A stretch of DNA of 64,000 nt from Candidatus Sericytochromatia bacterium (GTDB lineage: Bacteria; Cyanobacteriota; Sericytochromatia; UBA7694): contig JADMKE010000014.1 in assembly GCA_018780035.1 (NCBI GenBank), forward strand, positions 73,271-137,270, in the 5' to 3' direction. The position numbers were made by a program, and so were the translations under genes. Each line of letters starts with the position of its first letter. Position 1 is the stretch's first letter. The notes beneath the pieces were generated by a model, which was not told the DNA's origin, did not search any database, and saw only the letters and a program-made list of their open reading frames with translations. Shown here piece by piece: positions 60,649 through 64,000 of this stretch.

Positions 60649-61515
60649 TTGAAGCAGCCTCAAAAGAGGCTGTTTCGCTTTTTGGGGCCTCATTATCTAA
60701 CAGGAAAAAATATGCACACAGCGTTTACCCCTTCAGCCGTCCAAGCCAACCTCAACCGCATTTATGATCAGGGGTTTGCCTCAGATTTTCACGAAGAGTT
60801 TTTTAGCCACAGCGGCTTCTCCAATTTTGGCTATTGGACGCCGGGCCTAAGCCAACCCGCGGAAGCTGCAGAAGCCTTGGTTTTGGAACTCCTCAAACCT
60901 GTTCAACCGATCTCAGGCCCAATTCTTGATGTGGCCTGTGGTCAAGGCGGCACCACCCGCACCCTGTGCAAATTTGTGCCCGCTTCAGACATTTTGGCCA
61001 TCAATATTTCCACAAAACAATTGGCCGCAGCAGAGAGAAATGCCCCCGGTTGCCAGTTTCGCGCCATGAGTGCCACGGCTCTGGATTTGCCCGATCAGAG
61101 CCAAGCCGGCATTTTATGCGTCGAAGCCGTCTTCCATTTTGAAACCCGGCGGCGCTTTTTAAAAGAGGCCCTGCGCGTCTTAAAACCCGGTGGCTGGCTG
61201 GCCCTGAGTGATGTGCGTTTTAAGTTTCCGCCCCCGGCCCGGATTATTCCTCCCGCCAACCACTTTCACCATCTGCGGGAATATGCCCAAATATATACCG
61301 ATGCGGGTTTTGAACCTGCGGTCATTCGCTCTGTACTCAAACCGACCTGGAAGGGCTGCCGCAACGCCCTGCGGGCCTATGCCCTGAAACGCCTCAAAAG
61401 ACAGCCTTCGCCCCAAACTTTCAAAGAGTGGAGTATGAACGAATTGCGCTGCCAACTTTATGATGCCGTCTTCAGCGATTATTTGCTGGTCAATGTGCGC
61501 AAACCGCTCGCTTAA
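60649..61515 (+). CDS. Class I SAM-dependent methyltransferase
   Basis: ILDVACGQGGTT motif I; LKPGGWLALSD. Confidence 0.8.
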   Translation: MKQPQKRLFRFLGPHYLTGKNMHTAFTPSAVQANLNRIYDQGFASDFHEEFFSHSGFSNFGYWTPGLSQPAEAAEALVLELLKPVQPISGPILDVACGQGGTTRTLCKFVPASDILAINISTKQLAAAERNAPGCQFRAMSATALDLPDQSQAGILCVEAVFHFETRRRFLKEALRVLKPGGWLALSDVRFKFPPPARIIPPANHFHHLREYAQIYTDAGFEPAVIRSVLKPTWKGCRNALRAYALKRLKRQPSPQTFKEWSMNELRCQLYDAVFSDYLLVNVRKPLA

Positions 61516-61519
61516 AGCC

Positions 61520-62368
61520 TTATTTGGCTTTGCGCACCACGCTGAATTTTAAGAGCATTTTTTCGATCAACACATCTGGCAAAAGTTTGCGCAAAAGCAG
61601 GGCGTTTTTGGCATCTGTGCCCGCCCCATAGCGCAGCTTGGGCACAGCTGTTTGTAGGGCTTTGGCAACCACTTGGGCCACGACCTCGGGGGCTGTGCCT
61701 TTGGTGCCAATGCGCTCCAAGGCGCGCTCAAAGCTGGCAAAGGCATTGGCGTAACGTTCCAAGGCTTGCGGGGGCAATTCCTGTTTGAGGGCGCTGAAAA
61801 GCAACTTTGACTTTTGAAAGATCGGCGTGCGAATCACACCGGGTTCGATCAAACTGCAATAGATCTGCCAGGGCCAGAGCTCCAAGCGCAGGGCCTCGGT
61901 CAGCGATTCCAGCGCAAATTTGGAGCTGCAATAGGGCGATAAAAAAGGCGTGGTGATCTTGCCATTGACCGAAGACATATTTACAATCCGGCCCGGCGAG
62001 CCCTTGCGCAAAAGCGGCAAACAGGCCTGAATGCCTTGAATCACAGCAAAATAATTGACCTCAAACTGGCTGCGAAAGCGCTCCAAGGGCAGGTATTCAA
62101 TCGGGCCTCCCAGGCCAATACCCGCATTGTTGATCAGGGCATAGAGCCCTTGTGCGGGCTCCTGTTCGGCAATCAAAGCTGTGACCGCCTGCCAATCAGC
62201 GGCCGAGCAGACATCGAGCAAGACAGGGGTGATCCGCTCAGCAGAAGGAGTTTCAGGCAAAGTGCGATAGCCCGCATAGACATGGTAGCCGCGTTCAGCA
62301 AGATAGGTGGCGCAGGCCTCACCAATCCCTGTGGAAGCACCTGTGATTAAGACTGCTTGGGGCCTCAA
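61520..62368 (-). CDS. Short-chain dehydrogenase/reductase (SDR)
   Basis: VLITGASTGIG cofactor motif; YxxxK region (YCSSK). Confidence 0.85.
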   Translation of the reverse strand: MRPQAVLITGASTGIGEACATYLAERGYHVYAGYRTLPETPSAERITPVLLDVCSAADWQAVTALIAEQEPAQGLYALINNAGIGLGGPIEYLPLERFRSQFEVNYFAVIQGIQACLPLLRKGSPGRIVNMSSVNGKITTPFLSPYCSSKFALESLTEALRLELWPWQIYCSLIEPGVIRTPIFQKSKLLFSALKQELPPQALERYANAFASFERALERIGTKGTAPEVVAQVVAKALQTAVPKLRYGAGTDAKNALLLRKLLPDVLIEKMLLKFSVVRKAK

Positions 62369-62943
62369 GCGGGGTGCGCCTCATCGGCTTTCTTGGAGCT
62401 CTGTTCTGGAGAGGGTGGCTGGTCTGAATCTTTTTCTGGCGTTTTTTCTTTGGCTTTTTCTTTGGCTCCTGGCTGAAAGGCATGAAAGAGCAAGAGCCCG
62501 CCCCCAATCATAATCGCCACATCGGCCACGTTAAAAATATTGGTGTGCATCCAGCTGATGCCTTTGAAGCCAATATACATAAAGTCCACGACATGGCCGT
62601 AGAGGGCGCGGTCGATCAAATTGCCGAGACCGCCCGCCAAGACGAGTGAGAGCGCGATCGTGACGATCAAGGGTTGGGCTGTTTTAATGATGTACCCCAT
62701 CAAAACAGCCAGAATCAGGCCCACGCCAACGGTAAACACCAATTTCCGGATCGGGTCGGGGAGTTGGCTGCCCAAACTGCCCCAGGCACCGGGGTTGAGG
62801 GCGTATTGCAGGCGGACGGTGTCATCCCAGAAACTGATCGCAGGTTTGCCCATTAAATGGGCGGTGGCCTGCATTTTGGTGAATTGATCGGCCCCGACAA
62901 AGGGCAGGCAGATCAAGAGCATCCATAAAAAACGATCGCGCAT
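62365..62943 (-). CDS. lspA: Lipoprotein signal peptidase II
   Basis: GGLGNLIDR and FNVAD boxes; four TM helices. Confidence 0.85.
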   Translation of the reverse strand: MRDRFLWMLLICLPFVGADQFTKMQATAHLMGKPAISFWDDTVRLQYALNPGAWGSLGSQLPDPIRKLVFTVGVGLILAVLMGYIIKTAQPLIVTIALSLVLAGGLGNLIDRALYGHVVDFMYIGFKGISWMHTNIFNVADVAIMIGGGLLLFHAFQPGAKEKAKEKTPEKDSDQPPSPEQSSKKADEAHPA

Positions 62944-63127
62944 AGGTCATCCTGTTTAAATCTGAATATTCCTAGCATTGTAACGTATTTTGGGGGTAAT
63001 GCTAGTTTGTGGGGGAGCCGTTGAAGGGCTTGTGCTGTTTTGGAGGTTCTCTTGGCGGGCCCAGGGGCTTGCTTTTTGCTTGGAAGGGCAATTCGTTTTG
63101 GCGTGGCGAAAAGGGCAATCGGCTCGT

Positions 63128-63315
63128 TTGGCACAAGCCCCTGACGTTCGGGCCGCCCCTTCGACTCCGCTCAGGGAGCGGCAGGCAAGAGCTGGTGTTC
63201 TGAGCGAAGTCGGTGTGGGGTCCTGAGCGAAGTCGAAGGACTCTTTTCAGGGGCTTGGCCAACGAAGATAACAACTGAATTATGAGTTTTTTGCGATTTA
63301 ACTTGTCTACTTAAT
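63128..63315 (+). repeat. Copy B of the conserved structured element (inverted relative to copy A), again ending at a high-GC/low-GC junction
   Basis: See copy A. The closing stem here is aagCCCctg/cagGGGctt against aagGGCctg/cagGCCctt in copy A, i.e. compensatory. Confidence 0.5.
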
Positions 63316-64000
63316 AATTTATCAACCAATTTACAACTTTTTCTGATGCAGGTGATTTCAAACCAAAACTATTCAAGGTTTCAATTCGTTTTAAAATCAA
63401 ATAGAGGTGATTTGGATATGTCTTTTGGTATTTTTCAAAATAGAAATAAGCCAAATCCAGATTATTCTTGAGCATATGGGCCAAAGCAAGATTTAGATGG
63501 GCATAACTCGCCTCAGGCTCTAAGTTTAAAACGATTTCACAGGCTTCAATCGATAAATCAATTTCATCTGTAAAGAGGTAAACCCAGGCCAATAATAAGT
63601 AGAGCATTTGGTTGTGATGATTGGATTTGAATGCAGCCACTAAATTTTGACGCGCTTCTTGAAAGTGTTGCAGGGATGTCAATACACGACCAAGGCCAGC
63701 GTAAATATATTCACTCTTTTCAGGTTCTGCAGCATGAAAACGTTGAAACATATGAATGGCTTTCTCTGCATTGTGCTCAGCAAGTAAGGAATGCCCCAAA
63801 CCCAAATAGGCTTGGGAATTTTCTCGATTGACCAGCAATGACATTTCAAAATCGGCTTGGGCCGAAGCCGTTTGTCTTAAGCTTAAATAGATGATTCCCC
63901 GTTGAACGTAGAAATGGGATAAATCTGTTTCTCCCCTTCTGTAGGCGCTCAACTCCAGGGCCTGATGCATAAACTCAAGCGCAGTCTCATTTTCTCCAAA
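63311..64000 (-). CDS. TPR-repeat protein, lower GC; reading frame is open to the window end, so the N-terminus probably lies beyond 64000
   Basis: TPR-like 34-aa units (AYLGLGHSLLAEHNAEKAIHMFQRF...); no in-frame stop between 63970 and 64000 on the minus strand. Confidence 0.65.
   Translation of the reverse strand, partial: FGENETALEFMHQALELSAYRRGETDLSHFYVQRGIIYLSLRQTASAQADFEMSLLVNRENSQAYLGLGHSLLAEHNAEKAIHMFQRFHAAEPEKSEYIYAGLGRVLTSLQHFQEARQNLVAAFKSNHHNQMLYLLLAWVYLFTDEIDLSIEACEIVLNLEPEASYAHLNLALAHMLKNNLDLAYFYFEKYQKTYPNHLYLILKRIETLNSFGLKSPASEKVVNWLINY

Overview
This 64 kb window is bacterial chromosomal DNA of about 58% GC, interrupted by several low-GC accessory patches. Gene content (a split atpF'FHAGDC cluster without atpB/atpE, very large FlgE paralogs, many TPR/secreted proteins) suggests a delta-proteobacterium-like or Bdellovibrio-like lineage; I cannot name a taxon. 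Core genes: an ABC-F ATPase; an F-type ATP synthase partial operon (b', b, delta, alpha, gamma, beta, epsilon); two tandem FlgE-like hook paralogs; rlmB; a UDP-sugar dehydrogenase plus a 1349-aa glycosyltransferase/TPR giant; a class III nucleotide cyclase; CueR with a recognisable CueR operator upstream of a His-rich outer-membrane-like protein; a response regulator; ArsR; SDR; LspA; a SAM methyltransferase. Accessory content: (i) a partial low-GC N6-adenine DNA methyltransferase of Type IIG/PglX-like architecture at the left edge; (ii) a degraded IS630-family transposase beside an ankyrin-repeat/TerD-domain giant protein; (iii) a low-GC island carrying two type II toxin-antitoxin pairs (DUF1778/GNAT and HTH/PIN). 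The most striking observation is a bacterial major vault protein (MVP) homolog heading a tight operon with rpiB, an extended deoC fusion and a biotin-carrier-like protein; this could be a vault-like compartment with sugar-phosphate cargo. Second, an approximately 145-nt structured element occurs in two inverted copies, each exactly at a high-GC/low-GC junction, with compensatory base-pair changes in its closing stem. Also noted: a CinA-C/NMNAT fusion and an XRE-HTH protein with a nucleoside-2-deoxyribosyltransferase-like domain. Gene coordinates below come from the ORF track with starts corrected where the track's first ATG overlapped a neighbouring gene; all domain calls come from motifs read directly in the translations.
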